A DNA stretch of 63,914 nt, filler included, from Acidimicrobiia bacterium (GTDB lineage: Bacteria; Actinomycetota; Acidimicrobiia; Spongiisociales; JAENVV01): assembly GCA_041577335.1 (NCBI GenBank). It is 3 parts of 3 records of this genome, joined end to end, with 100 filler letters (N's around TTAATTAATTAA, not from the genome) between each part and the next. Parts side by side here need not be neighbours in the genome. Positions count along the whole stretch, not along the records: positions 1 to 21,296 come from JBFGJH010000059.1; 2 more parts are not named here. One strand, given 5' to 3'. The translations under genes and the position numbers were made by a program. The notes under the pieces were generated by a model. That model searched no databases and had not been told where the DNA came from. It saw only the letters and a list, made by a program, of their open reading frames with translations. Position 1 is the first letter of the stretch. Each line of letters starts with the position of its first letter. Below, piece after piece: positions 1 through 9,583 of the stretch.

Positions 1-28
1 CGGGTGAGACCCGTACTGGTCTCACCCG
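1..28. terminator. Perfect 11-bp stem-loop, terminator-like
   Basis: CGGGTGAGACC (1-11) / GGTCTCACCCG (18-28), 6-nt loop; orientation uncertain at the contig edge. Confidence 0.55.
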
Positions 29-192
29 CTTCTCCACGTCCCGGAGGTCGTGTGCCGAGTCCGCTTGTTCTCTGGGCCATCCCCCCAATGACTGGCCCTT
101 GTGCGGCTCGGGCTCCCATCCCTGCAGCGAATGTCTCATGTTTTCCTGAACAGGTTCTTAACCGAGCTTCTATCCGGTAGCGTTTACGCTCG

Positions 193-687
193 ATGAAGAC
201 CGTAATACTCCTGCGTCATGGAAAGTCCGACTGGGACGCGTCGTTCTCATCAGACGCGCAACGACCCCTTGCCCCACGCGGCGTGGATGCCGCCGCGACG
301 ATGGGCCGGTTTGTCACCGCCGCCGACCGAGCGCCCGACTTGGTGGTCACCTCGCCGGCAGTGCGGGCCGCAACCACTGCCCAGCTCGCCCATGAGGCAG
401 GCGGGTGGACTTGCACGATCGATGTGGATGCGCGCCTCTATGGCGCCTCCGCGGACGAAGCCATCCTCACGCTCACCGAACTGCCACCATCGGTGGACAC
501 CGTACTCCTGGTCGGGCACCAGCCCACGTGGGGCCAGCTCGTCGTACTCATGATCGGAGGTGGCTGGGTACGCTTCCCGACCGCAGCAGTGGCATGCGTC
601 GATTTCGGCGCCACCGACTGGTCGGCGGTTGGCCCGGGACGCGGTGAACTGCAATTCCTGATCCCCCCACGAGCGCTGTCGACATGA
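193..687 (+). CDS. sixA: SixA-family phosphohistidine phosphatase
   Basis: LLRHGKS (RHG motif), SPAVRA, LLVGHQP; 164 aa. Confidence 0.9.
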   Translation: MKTVILLRHGKSDWDASFSSDAQRPLAPRGVDAAATMGRFVTAADRAPDLVVTSPAVRAATTAQLAHEAGGWTCTIDVDARLYGASADEAILTLTELPPSVDTVLLVGHQPTWGQLVVLMIGGGWVRFPTAAVACVDFGATDWSAVGPGRGELQFLIPPRALST

Positions 688-1559
688 ACCCCGGAGCCAT
701 TCACGGAGTCTGGGCTGCCTCGATCACTCCGTTCACGAATGAACTCTCCGTCGATTTCGATCGCCTCGGCAACCATGCCGGCCACCTGCTCTCAGAAGGG
801 TGCGAGGGCATCGCCCTGTTCGGCACGACCGGCGAAGGTCCGTCGTTCACCGTTGCCGAGCGGATCATCACCCTCGAGACCCTCCTCGGGTCGGGCATCC
901 CGCCAGAACGGGTGCTCGTGGGAACCGGATGTCCGTCACTGGGCGACACGGTGGCTCTGAGCCGCCACGCCTCCGAGCAGGGCGTGGCCGGGGTGTTGGT
1001 GATGCCGCCGTACCTCTTCAAGGAGCCGGAGCCGCGTGGATTGATCGCATGGTATCGGGCGCTTCTCGATCAGATCGCCGATGTCGACGGTCGTGTGTAC
1101 CTGTACCACTACCCCCAGCTGTCGGGTGTGATCATTGGCAACGAGCTCATCGATGCCCTCCTCGAGAGCCATCCCCACTCGGTCTACGGAGTCAAGGACT
1201 CCTCCGGCAATCCGGCGACGCTCACCCGGTACCTCGCCTATTCCGACCAACTCGCCATATTGCCGGGAACCGAGCGGGGCCTCCTCGACGGGCTGGCCGG
1301 CGGCGGCACCGGCCTCATCACGGCGGGCGCCAACGTCAATGCGGCAGGCATCGTGGAAACCGCGATCTCGGGGGATCCCGCCAAGATGCTGGCGGTACGC
1401 AACGAGGTCGACCGCCACGGCGGCATCGTTGCGCTCAAGGCCGCGTTGGCGGTCGACGCAGTCGACCCGATGAATCTCGTCCGCCCGCCACTCGTGCCAC
1501 TGGAAGGCGAAGCCCGCCAGGCCGCCTCAGACGCGATCCGAGAGGCCCTGGCCTCCTGA
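684..1559 (+). CDS. Dihydrodipicolinate synthase family lyase
   Basis: GTTGEG, YHYP, GVKDSSG Schiff-base Lys; ATGA overlap with sixA. Confidence 0.88.
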   Translation: MNPGAIHGVWAASITPFTNELSVDFDRLGNHAGHLLSEGCEGIALFGTTGEGPSFTVAERIITLETLLGSGIPPERVLVGTGCPSLGDTVALSRHASEQGVAGVLVMPPYLFKEPEPRGLIAWYRALLDQIADVDGRVYLYHYPQLSGVIIGNELIDALLESHPHSVYGVKDSSGNPATLTRYLAYSDQLAILPGTERGLLDGLAGGGTGLITAGANVNAAGIVETAISGDPAKMLAVRNEVDRHGGIVALKAALAVDAVDPMNLVRPPLVPLEGEARQAASDAIREALAS

Positions 1560-2543
1560 GCCACGGTAGAACGCTGCCAATCGAGCCAATCCTTCGTCGA
1601 ACGTGACGAGAGGGGTGTAGCCAAGATCCTGCTTCGCGCTCGATAGGTCGTACCAATGAGCCGTGGCCAGCTGTTCGGCGAGGAACCGGGTGAGCGGAGG
1701 CTCGCCCTTCAGACGTCCCGCTCGCCAGACACGTTCGGCAATGGTGCCAAGTCGAGCCGCCGCCGGCGCCGAAATGTGCTTGTCGACCGCAGGAGCACCG
1801 GCAGCCGCCAGGAGCAGGTTGAGCGTTTCTTTCATGGGCTTCGGCTCGCCCTGGGCTACGAAGAAGGCGCGTCCGGCGATAACGCTTCCGGGCAGGAGCC
1901 GGTCGAGCGCAAGGAGATGGGCGTGGGCCGCGTTGTCGATGAACGTCGTATCGATGAGGTTGGCACCATCACCAACGAGCCGCAGTCGGCCTTGGCGAGC
2001 CCGTTCGATGAGCCGCGGGACCAACTGGTTGTCGCCGGGGCCCCAGATGAGGTGCGGGCGGATTGCCACGGTTCCCAGATCGTCGTCGTTGGCGGCCAAG
2101 ACCAAGCGCTCCGCTTCTGCCTTGGTTGCCGGATACGGCGAGGTGTAACTCTCCGGATAGGGAGCCGACTCGTCGATTCCGGCGACATCGCCTCCTGCGT
2201 GGACCACGGACGGCGTGCTGGTGTAGACCAGGCGGTCGATGCCGTGTGCCCGACACGCAGCGATGACGTTGGCGGTGCCGATGACGTTGGGCAGGTAGTA
2301 GCCCTCGACGCTCCCCCAGTAGCCGGCCTTGGCACCGACGTGAATCACGGCTTCGGCGCCTGCCACTGCGCCGGCCACGGCATCAGGGTCGGCAAGGTCT
2401 CCCTGCAACACCTCGACGCCCCTCGCCAGCAGGTCCGGGTTGGCGCTTCGGGCAAACGAGCGAACGATTACCTCTCGCTCGAGAAGCCGGTCAACGATGG
2501 CGCCGCCGAGAAAGCCTCCGCCGCCAGTGACGAGGACCGTCAC
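1527..2543 (-). CDS. oleD: 2-alkyl-3-oxoalkanoate reductase (extended SDR)
   Basis: VLVTGGGGFLG, TSTPSVV, YPATK (YxxxK), RPHLIWGPGD; GTG start overlaps the oleC stop. Confidence 0.85.
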   Translation of the reverse strand: MTVLVTGGGGFLGGAIVDRLLEREVIVRSFARSANPDLLARGVEVLQGDLADPDAVAGAVAGAEAVIHVGAKAGYWGSVEGYYLPNVIGTANVIAACRAHGIDRLVYTSTPSVVHAGGDVAGIDESAPYPESYTSPYPATKAEAERLVLAANDDDLGTVAIRPHLIWGPGDNQLVPRLIERARQGRLRLVGDGANLIDTTFIDNAAHAHLLALDRLLPGSVIAGRAFFVAQGEPKPMKETLNLLLAAAGAPAVDKHISAPAAARLGTIAERVWRAGRLKGEPPLTRFLAEQLATAHWYDLSSAKQDLGYTPLVTFDEGLARLAAFYRGSGGQGLSDRV

Positions 2544-4135
2544 CGGAACGCCAGCCGGTGGTCCGCCCACTCCGCCAGGGCCGGGCGGTCGATCTTCGAG
2601 TTGTGGCGGATGTCAACCGGGAACGAAGGGTGGACGAGGACCGTCCGCACCCGCGAGGCGTTTGGGTCGCCAACGCCATAGGCAAGGACGTCGATTGTGT
2701 CCGGCGCATCGGCCCCGGGCTCGACTTCGATACACAACACGGGAACCCGAAATGGCCCGTTTCCCACGCCAACGAGTGCCGATCGGCGAACGGCGGGATG
2801 GCGATTGAACAGCGACTCGATGGGAACCGTGTACAGATCGCCATCTTCAGTCGCCACCCGGTGTGACTTGCGTCCGTAGAACCAGAGCCGGCCGTCGCCG
2901 TCGAACCGCCCCAGATCTCCCATACGGTGAGCCGGCCGGCCGTTCCACGTGAGCTTGGCGATCCGATCGGCCTCAGGCCGTCGGTGGTAGCCACGGGTCA
3001 CTGCCGCTCCGCGCACCACGATTTCGCCTACGCCACCTTGCGCCACCTCGCCTGCCGCCTCGACCGACTCAACCGGCTCGTCGGTGACCTCGATGAGGGT
3101 GACGTCCATGCCCGTGACCGGGGCGCCCACGCAGATGCCTACTTCCGATAGCTGGTCGAGCTCGGCGCTGCCGATCGAAGTCACCGGAAGGGCCTCCGAC
3201 GCTCCATACGGAGTGAAGACCTCGGCATCGAGATCGGTCATCGCCAGAATCCGGTCGCGGATCTCGGAGAGGACCGGAGCTCCGGCCGAGAGGATCGTCT
3301 TCACGTACTGCAGCCTCATGCCGGTCCGTTCCCCGTGCCTACCGACCGTGTCGAGCAAAGCAGGAGAACCGAACATCATCGACGCTTGGGAATCGTTGGC
3401 CACCCGGAGGATCCGCTCAGGATCGACCGCACCTGGATTGGCAAAGTCCATCCTGGGCAAGAAGGTGGTCATGCCGAGCAAAGGCCCCAGCAGGGCGAAC
3501 GGCGCAAAGGTCGCCAGGTTCACGACCCCCGGTTCCATGCCGTATTCGTCGGCGAGCATCCCAGCTTGAGCGTCGAGATTGGCGCCGGTGTACTCGACGC
3601 CTTTCGGCGGGCCGGTGCTCCCCGACGTGAACACGATGACGGCGACCTCGGCTTCGATCACCGGATTGGCGACCAAGCTCCTCCCCCACTCTGCGATCTC
3701 GTCGCTGGAGCGAACGCCGGGGAGCCGGTTTCGACCCACGACGATTGCCTCGGCTCCGGGTGCCCATGACAAGAGCCGTCGCGCGGCCAGGGCTTCCGGC
3801 ACGCCGACCACCGCCGACACATCAGCCTCGGCCAAACACTGCCCGAAACGTTTGCGTCCGATGCCAGAGTCGATCAGCACCGGGGTCGCTCCGGCGCGCA
3901 TGAGACCGAAGGCCGCCTCGAACAATCCACGACCGGGCGGTACGAGCAGTCCCACCCGAGCGCCGTTGGTCAGGCCCAGGTCGGCAAAGCCGTAGGCCAG
4001 ATTGCGGGTCTTTGATGCGAAATCGGCATAGGTGAACCCTCGATAACCACCCGAGCGCTCTTCGGCGACCACGGCCAGCTGGTCGCCGGCCGTGGTGCCC
4101 CACCGCTCGATCCGGGCCGCGATGAGATCTGTCAT
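2540..4135 (-). CDS. oleC: Olefin beta-lactone synthetase (AMP-dependent ligase)
   Basis: FTSGSTGPPKG, TPYGASEALP, HRMGDLG, FPVDIRHNSKI; ATG at 4135 overlaps the oleB stop. Confidence 0.88.
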   Translation of the reverse strand: MTDLIAARIERWGTTAGDQLAVVAEERSGGYRGFTYADFASKTRNLAYGFADLGLTNGARVGLLVPPGRGLFEAAFGLMRAGATPVLIDSGIGRKRFGQCLAEADVSAVVGVPEALAARRLLSWAPGAEAIVVGRNRLPGVRSSDEIAEWGRSLVANPVIEAEVAVIVFTSGSTGPPKGVEYTGANLDAQAGMLADEYGMEPGVVNLATFAPFALLGPLLGMTTFLPRMDFANPGAVDPERILRVANDSQASMMFGSPALLDTVGRHGERTGMRLQYVKTILSAGAPVLSEIRDRILAMTDLDAEVFTPYGASEALPVTSIGSAELDQLSEVGICVGAPVTGMDVTLIEVTDEPVESVEAAGEVAQGGVGEIVVRGAAVTRGYHRRPEADRIAKLTWNGRPAHRMGDLGRFDGDGRLWFYGRKSHRVATEDGDLYTVPIESLFNRHPAVRRSALVGVGNGPFRVPVLCIEVEPGADAPDTIDVLAYGVGDPNASRVRTVLVHPSFPVDIRHNSKIDRPALAEWADHRLAFR

Positions 4136-5013
4136 CGCATGAAGTCCAACACGAGGGGAATGATCTCGTCGGATGCGTCTTCCAAGACGAAGTGTCCGGC
4201 ATCGGCAAAGCGATGGATTTCCGCGGCAGGGAAGCGGCGTCGCCACTCCTCGAGGACGAGATCGTCGAAAACGAAGTCTCGCCCACCCCAACAGATGAGC
4301 ATCGGGACGCCGGCGAGGCGGCTGAGATTCCGGTCAAGTGCATCGAGAGCGGCAAAGCTGCGGTGCCCCGCATCGAGCGGAATGTCTTTGATGAATTCGA
4401 GCACCGCAGTCCGTTCCCCACGCCGACCGTAGGGAGCCGAATAGCCTGCCCGAACCTCCGAGCTCATCGAGGTGGTCAGCCCCAGTCGCGTTGCGCCACG
4501 GACAAAGCCGTTGGCACCGACAACGACCGCCTCCCCGAATGGCCTGCTGCGGGCGAAGGCAAGAGCAGGTGGCATCTTCTTGCCCTCCGGAAGGCCGAAC
4601 GCGGCGGTGTTGGTGATCACGATCCGCCGCACCACCTCGACGTTTTCGACGGCCCAGGCGAGCCCGATCGCCCCGCCCCAGTCGTGCACGATCAACGTCA
4701 CTGGTTCGGTGAGTTCGAGCGAGCGCATGAAGGCGGTGAAGTCTTCGATGCGCCGCTGCAACGTGAACGGATAACGATCGCGATCGGGCTTGTCGGACAG
4801 CCCCATGCCGATGTGATCCGGCGCGATCGCTCGATGATCCTCGGCGATGGCCGCAATCAGATGGCGCCAGTAGAAGCTCCACGTGGGATTGCCGTGCACC
4901 AGGACTGCCGGATCGCCCACTCCCTCGTCGACATAGTGATAGCGCAGGCCGCCGACATCGACGGCATGCGACGGGAAGGGATAATGCTCACGCCAGGCTT
5001 TGGAGCCGGCCAC
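4132..5013 (-). CDS. oleB: Beta-lactone decarboxylase (haloalkane dehalogenase-like alpha/beta hydrolase)
   Basis: HGNPTWSFY, HDWGG Asp nucleophile, AGHFVLED; lies between oleA and oleC. Confidence 0.88.
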   Translation of the reverse strand: MAGSKAWREHYPFPSHAVDVGGLRYHYVDEGVGDPAVLVHGNPTWSFYWRHLIAAIAEDHRAIAPDHIGMGLSDKPDRDRYPFTLQRRIEDFTAFMRSLELTEPVTLIVHDWGGAIGLAWAVENVEVVRRIVITNTAAFGLPEGKKMPPALAFARSRPFGEAVVVGANGFVRGATRLGLTTSMSSEVRAGYSAPYGRRGERTAVLEFIKDIPLDAGHRSFAALDALDRNLSRLAGVPMLICWGGRDFVFDDLVLEEWRRRFPAAEIHRFADAGHFVLEDASDEIIPLVLDFMR

Positions 5014-6038
5014 TACCAGATGACTTCGTACGCCGCTGCGTTGAGGCCGCTCCCAAACCCGAGGAGGCTGATGCGGTCACCCTTCTTGACGTTCCCAGCT
5101 TCCACTTCTTTGGAGAGGACCATGGGTATCGACGAAGGCCCGGTGTTTCCGAACGTTGGGAAGATGCGCGGTACCTTGTTCTGGTCGACCCCGAGCACGT
5201 CCCCGACCCTCCGGGTGTGCACCTCGCTCACCTGGTGGACCGCGTACAACGAAACTGCCTCATCGTTGAAGTACTCGCCGGACTGACCAGCCAGCCACAA
5301 CTCTTTGGCGATGTCGAGGCTCGACGTGAGAAGTCCCCGCACATCGGTGGTCATGTGATCCGGGCTGGCTACGCAGAGGTCGCAGTGCTCGGTTGCTGCC
5401 CGAGACACACCTCCGAGAAACGCATGCCCCTCCTCGACCAGATCGGCGCGGGACAGGATCACCGCCGCTCCGCCCGAACCCAGGGTCAGCGTGGCGAACT
5501 GGTCACGCGCCGAGGCGGGAGTGGCATCGGGGCCAAGCAAACGCCCGATGGTGGCCTCGATGACGTCACGGCTTCCCTCGCCGTCGACGACCATGCCGTG
5601 ATTGATTTGTCCCGACTCGATCATCGTCGCGACGATCGCCATCCCGTTCAAAAAACCAAGACAGGCGTTCACGACATCAAAGTTGAGGGCATTCCGGTTG
5701 AGGCGGAGTCGATTGTGAACCATGCTGGCCGTTGCCGGCTCCACGTATTCACGCCAGACCGAGGTGTTGATGAGAACACCGATCTCTTCTCTTTCCACCG
5801 GGCTGTTTTCCAAGACCTTCTGGCCCGCCATGGCGGACACGTCGGCGGGAGTCAAGCCTGGCTCCCAGAATCGGCGTTCTCGCACCCCGGCGAGCGATTC
5901 CAGGAGTCCGGGACGGAACTTCAGGCGATCGAATGCGGGCTCGAGCTGCGCGTCGATTTCGTCGGAGGTGACTACGACCGGTGCGTCAATATGCTCGAGT
6001 GCGCTGATGACGACGTTGGAAAAGCGCTGTTCAGACAA
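5013..6038 (-). CDS. oleA: Acyl-CoA:acyl-CoA alkyltransferase (FabH-like condensing enzyme)
   Basis: EPATAS, NACLGFLNG, FATLTLGSG, HQVS, FGNTGP, GSGLN. Confidence 0.9.
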   Translation of the reverse strand: MSEQRFSNVVISALEHIDAPVVVTSDEIDAQLEPAFDRLKFRPGLLESLAGVRERRFWEPGLTPADVSAMAGQKVLENSPVEREEIGVLINTSVWREYVEPATASMVHNRLRLNRNALNFDVVNACLGFLNGMAIVATMIESGQINHGMVVDGEGSRDVIEATIGRLLGPDATPASARDQFATLTLGSGGAAVILSRADLVEEGHAFLGGVSRAATEHCDLCVASPDHMTTDVRGLLTSSLDIAKELWLAGQSGEYFNDEAVSLYAVHQVSEVHTRRVGDVLGVDQNKVPRIFPTFGNTGPSSIPMVLSKEVEAGNVKKGDRISLLGFGSGLNAAAYEVIW

Positions 6039-6110
6039 AGGTGCCCCTCATATCGGCGTGCAATGGGAAAGCCTTGAACATGCATCATATCGCGTATCGA
6101 GCAGCTGGTC

Positions 6111-6746
6111 CTACACGATGCGCCGGTCGCTCGCCCAACGTGCGAGCTCGTACCTGCTGGACAGCTGGAGTTTCCGGAGCACAGCGGACACGTGAGTCTC
6201 CACTGTCTTCACCGAAATCGACAATCTTTTCGCTACTTGCTTGTAGCTGTAGCCACGTGCAATTTGGCGCAAGACCTCCTGCTCACGATTGGTGAGCTGA
6301 TCGAGCTCAGGATCGTGATTGCCCGGTACCGCATCGGCGAAAGCGTCGAGGACGAACCCGGCGAGACGAGGCGAGAACACCGCATCGCCCGCGTCGACTC
6401 GGTCGATGGCGTCCACGAGCTCATCAGGAGAGATCGATTTGGTCACATAGCCTCGGGCACCTGCCCGAATCATCGCGATGACGTCTTCGGCGTCGTCACT
6501 GACCGACAGGGCCAAAAACCGCGGACTGGCCGCTTCGCCCTCGAGGATGTTCTTCACCACCGTCAGGCCGCCACCGCCCGGCATGTGCACATCGACCAAA
6601 ACAACGTCGGGTCGAGTATCACGGATTGCTTCGATGGCCTCATCGACGTCGGAAGACCATCCGACTACCTCGTAGTCTTTCTGGAGCTCGGTGCGCACTC
6701 CGGTGAGAAACAGCTCGTGGTCGTCAACCAGATAGACCGATGTCAT
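6111..6746 (-). CDS. NarL/LuxR-family response regulator
   Basis: LVDDH, DVHMP receiver; LTNREQEVL...KTVETHVS HTH. Confidence 0.93.
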   Translation of the reverse strand: MTSVYLVDDHELFLTGVRTELQKDYEVVGWSSDVDEAIEAIRDTRPDVVLVDVHMPGGGGLTVVKNILEGEAASPRFLALSVSDDAEDVIAMIRAGARGYVTKSISPDELVDAIDRVDAGDAVFSPRLAGFVLDAFADAVPGNHDPELDQLTNREQEVLRQIARGYSYKQVAKRLSISVKTVETHVSAVLRKLQLSSRYELARWASDRRIV

Positions 6747-7966
6747 GCCCGATCGACCTCCAAATGCACTTCCGTTCCCTCGCCCGCCTCGCTGGTGATC
6801 GTCGCCGTTCCACCATGGCGCTCCACCCGGTTGACAATCGACTCCCGGATTCCGTGCCGATCGTCTTCGACCAACTCCGGATCGAAGCCCTTGCCCTGAT
6901 CCGAGATGAATATGTCCACGGTCGTAGGAGTGGTCTCAGCGTAGATGGACACCCGCGGCGATCCCGAGTGCCTGGCCGCGTTGGCCGCCGCCTCGCCCGC
7001 CGCAGCGACCAAGGCTTCGAGGCGAGCGTTCATAGGAGCATCTCCGACCGTCACCACGTCGGTGGGCACGTCGTATACCGACTCGATGCGAGCTGCCATG
7101 TCTTCGAGGCTGGCATTCAGCTGGCGCTCGCTTTCCTCCCCGGTCCTGTCAAAAAGCCAGGCCCGCAGCTCACGTTCCTGAGCTCGTGCCAAAGTCACCA
7201 TCCGGCGGGGTTCATCGGTTCGTTGGATCAGCGCCAGCGTCTGAAGAACCGAATCGTGGAGATGGGCGGCCACTTCAGCTCGCTCCTGGCTTCGGATGCG
7301 ATCCGAGCGCTCCGTACGCAAATCGGTCAAGAGACGCCATATCCACGGACCCACCGTGAGACTGAGGCCGATGCCGGTGATGAGCACTGCCAGCAGCACG
7401 GTCCCCATCTGCACGAAGGCGCCGAACCCCGAGGCGAAGAGGATCAGGCCCACGAAGGTGAGCAATGCCCCCGAAATGACTTTGAGCGTCGAAGGCCGAA
7501 CGTCGTCTTCCAGACCAGGAAATGCCCAGGCGATGAAGCGATTTTCTCGCCCGGAACGGTCCCACGCCACGGCAGCCCCGAATGCCGTCAACGCTACCGG
7601 CCAAACGATGGCGTCGCCGAGCCAGAGGCCCCATCCGCGCAGCACGATGAGAAAACCGAGGAAGATTGCCGCCAGGCCCACCTTCTGGCGGGCGGTTGCC
7701 ATGTGGCCCGACGGATGACCCGTGACCGACGATGCGGTCATTGCCCATAGCACCAGATACGCCAGCAGGCCCGCCCCGCCGGCGAACACCAGCACCACGA
7801 AGGCGGCGCGCACATAGGACGCGTCGATCCCGAGTCGATCTGCGATGCCCGCGGCAACGCCTGCGATGAGTTGGTCGTCGGAGCGGCGCCAGAGCGCGCT
7901 CGGCCTCGCCACGGGAGGCTGTGGTGTTGTTGCATCGGAGGCAGACGGAGACTCGGTCGTGGTCAT
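6743..7966 (-). CDS. PspC-domain membrane sensor histidine kinase
   Basis: N-terminal IAGVAAGIA PspC motif, TM helices, AAHLHDSVLQTL H-box, NAARHS, DQGKGF; start uncertain (7966-7975). Confidence 0.88.
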   Translation of the reverse strand: MTTTESPSASDATTPQPPVARPSALWRRSDDQLIAGVAAGIADRLGIDASYVRAAFVVLVFAGGAGLLAYLVLWAMTASSVTGHPSGHMATARQKVGLAAIFLGFLIVLRGWGLWLGDAIVWPVALTAFGAAVAWDRSGRENRFIAWAFPGLEDDVRPSTLKVISGALLTFVGLILFASGFGAFVQMGTVLLAVLITGIGLSLTVGPWIWRLLTDLRTERSDRIRSQERAEVAAHLHDSVLQTLALIQRTDEPRRMVTLARAQERELRAWLFDRTGEESERQLNASLEDMAARIESVYDVPTDVVTVGDAPMNARLEALVAAAGEAAANAARHSGSPRVSIYAETTPTTVDIFISDQGKGFDPELVEDDRHGIRESIVNRVERHGGTATITSEAGEGTEVHLEVDRA

Positions 7967-8001
7967 TCCCATCATGGTCCCACAGGCGGGAGGACCACTC
8001 A

Positions 8002-8061
8002 ACCGGGACTTTCCCTGACGATCCCCCACACCCTCAGGGTTTTCTCGGGGATGTTCCCAAT
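8002..8061. promoter_or_regulatory. Candidate response-regulator operator between divergent pspC genes
   Basis: ACCGGG-N5-CCCTGA (8002-8018), TCAGGG (8034-8039), TCGGGG-N5-CCCAAT (8045-8061). Confidence 0.4.
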
Positions 8062-8095
8062 GGCGTTCGGTGATCGGATCCTGCACGATGTCGAT

Positions 8096-9583
8096 ATGAA
8101 CGAACACGAACCAGACGGCACCGACTCAACCATCGAAGACGGATCCGACGAGACATCCGAGTTCGACGGCGGGGCCGCAGAATCGGATAGCCCGAAGAGC
8201 CGTTCGACCGAACCGCCGGTGACGGATGAAACCGATCCCAGCCTCGTCCCCGAGGCCGATGTCACCTCAGACCACGACGATTTCGAAACCACGAGCGATC
8301 CCGGCGATACCGTCGATTCCGATCACTCGGATCCGCACGCTTCCGCCTCTGTCGACGCCGCTGCCGATCAGGATGCTTCCGTTGGCGGCGAGGACCATGG
8401 GTCCGACGAATCATCTCCGCCTCTCCCGCCTCTTCCGCCCCCGTCAGCGACGGGACGCACCGGGACCCTCGAACGAAATCTGGATCGCAATATCGTCGGG
8501 GGCGTCGCCGCCGGGCTCGCCGATTATTGGGGCGTGTCGGCAACATGGATCCGCCTGGGATTCGCCGTGCTCTCGGTGTTCGGACTTCTGGGCGTGTTCG
8601 TCTACGGCGCCGCGTGGATTCTCATGCCCCCCAACGACGGCACGGAATCAATCGCCGACACCTGGATGAGACGGTTGCGCAGCGGTGACAGCTGGGTGGG
8701 AGCCACACTGATCGCGTTGGCCGCCCTCATCGTGATCGGCTCTCTCGACTTTGTCTCGGGCGAGCTGGCGTTTGCGGTTGCCCTCTTCGTGCTCGGGTTC
8801 ATTCTCTACCGTGGCGTCCCGGACCGATCACCGCCGCCCCACCCGCCCGATGCAGGTGACCGGCCCACTCGTTCGATCTCCGCCGAGACGAGCGCACCGG
8901 AGGTGGAGTCCACGACTCCACCTCCGAGCGCGTCGCTGCCGCCTGCGAGCCCGCAGCCGGCAAAGGTTCGGGTGCCCCGCCAGCCCAAACCACCGTCGAT
9001 CCTCAACCGCCTGACGGTGGCGGCGCTGCTCATCACGATCGGCGTGATGGCCATCGTGGACATGAGCGGCTCTCGCATCGAGGCAAGGCAATACCTCGCC
9101 GCCGGCCTGGCCATCATCGCCGTCGCCCTCCTGATCGGCACCTGGCGGGGACGCGCCCGTTTGATGATCCTGCCGGGGCTGATCATTCTCATGCCGGCAT
9201 TCTTGTTGTCATTCACGTCGTTGACCTTCGATGACAACCAGGTCGTCACGGTCTATCTCCAACCACGAACTGCCGAAGAAATCGAGCCGCTCTACCGATA
9301 CGGCGCCGGTGAGGTCATCCTCGACCTTTCCGAGATCGTCGAGCTTCCCGGCCGCCAAGTGCGCGTGGAGCTCGACGCCGGAAAGATCGAAGTCATCCTG
9401 CCCGACAACGGCTCAGTCCGAGTGGTTTCTGAGGTTGGTGTGGGGAGCATCAGCGATGTCGGCTACGGAGACGGCTTCAACGTGACCCGACGAGTCGTCT
9501 ACCGCGGCGATGGCGAGCAACTACAGCTCCGGCTCTCGACCGATTTCGGCGCCATCGAAGTGCGTCGAGCCGAGGAGGCATGA
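8096..9583 (+). CDS. PspC-domain membrane protein with C-terminal LiaF/toastrack-like domain
   Basis: VGGVAAGLADYWGV...YGAAWILMP; C-terminal GAGEVILDLS / GKIEVILP beta repeats; acidic disordered N-terminus. Confidence 0.8.
   Translation: MNEHEPDGTDSTIEDGSDETSEFDGGAAESDSPKSRSTEPPVTDETDPSLVPEADVTSDHDDFETTSDPGDTVDSDHSDPHASASVDAAADQDASVGGEDHGSDESSPPLPPLPPPSATGRTGTLERNLDRNIVGGVAAGLADYWGVSATWIRLGFAVLSVFGLLGVFVYGAAWILMPPNDGTESIADTWMRRLRSGDSWVGATLIALAALIVIGSLDFVSGELAFAVALFVLGFILYRGVPDRSPPPHPPDAGDRPTRSISAETSAPEVESTTPPPSASLPPASPQPAKVRVPRQPKPPSILNRLTVAALLITIGVMAIVDMSGSRIEARQYLAAGLAIIAVALLIGTWRGRARLMILPGLIILMPAFLLSFTSLTFDDNQVVTVYLQPRTAEEIEPLYRYGAGEVILDLSEIVELPGRQVRVELDAGKIEVILPDNGSVRVVSEVGVGSISDVGYGDGFNVTRRVVYRGDGEQLQLRLSTDFGAIEVRRAEEA

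Noticed and set aside
1656..2681. Long antisense ORFs (also 4192-5286, 6740-7750, 21419-22396, 24749-25900, 53505-54908)
   Set aside because: Shadow frames of well-supported genes, expected in high-GC DNA; no motifs
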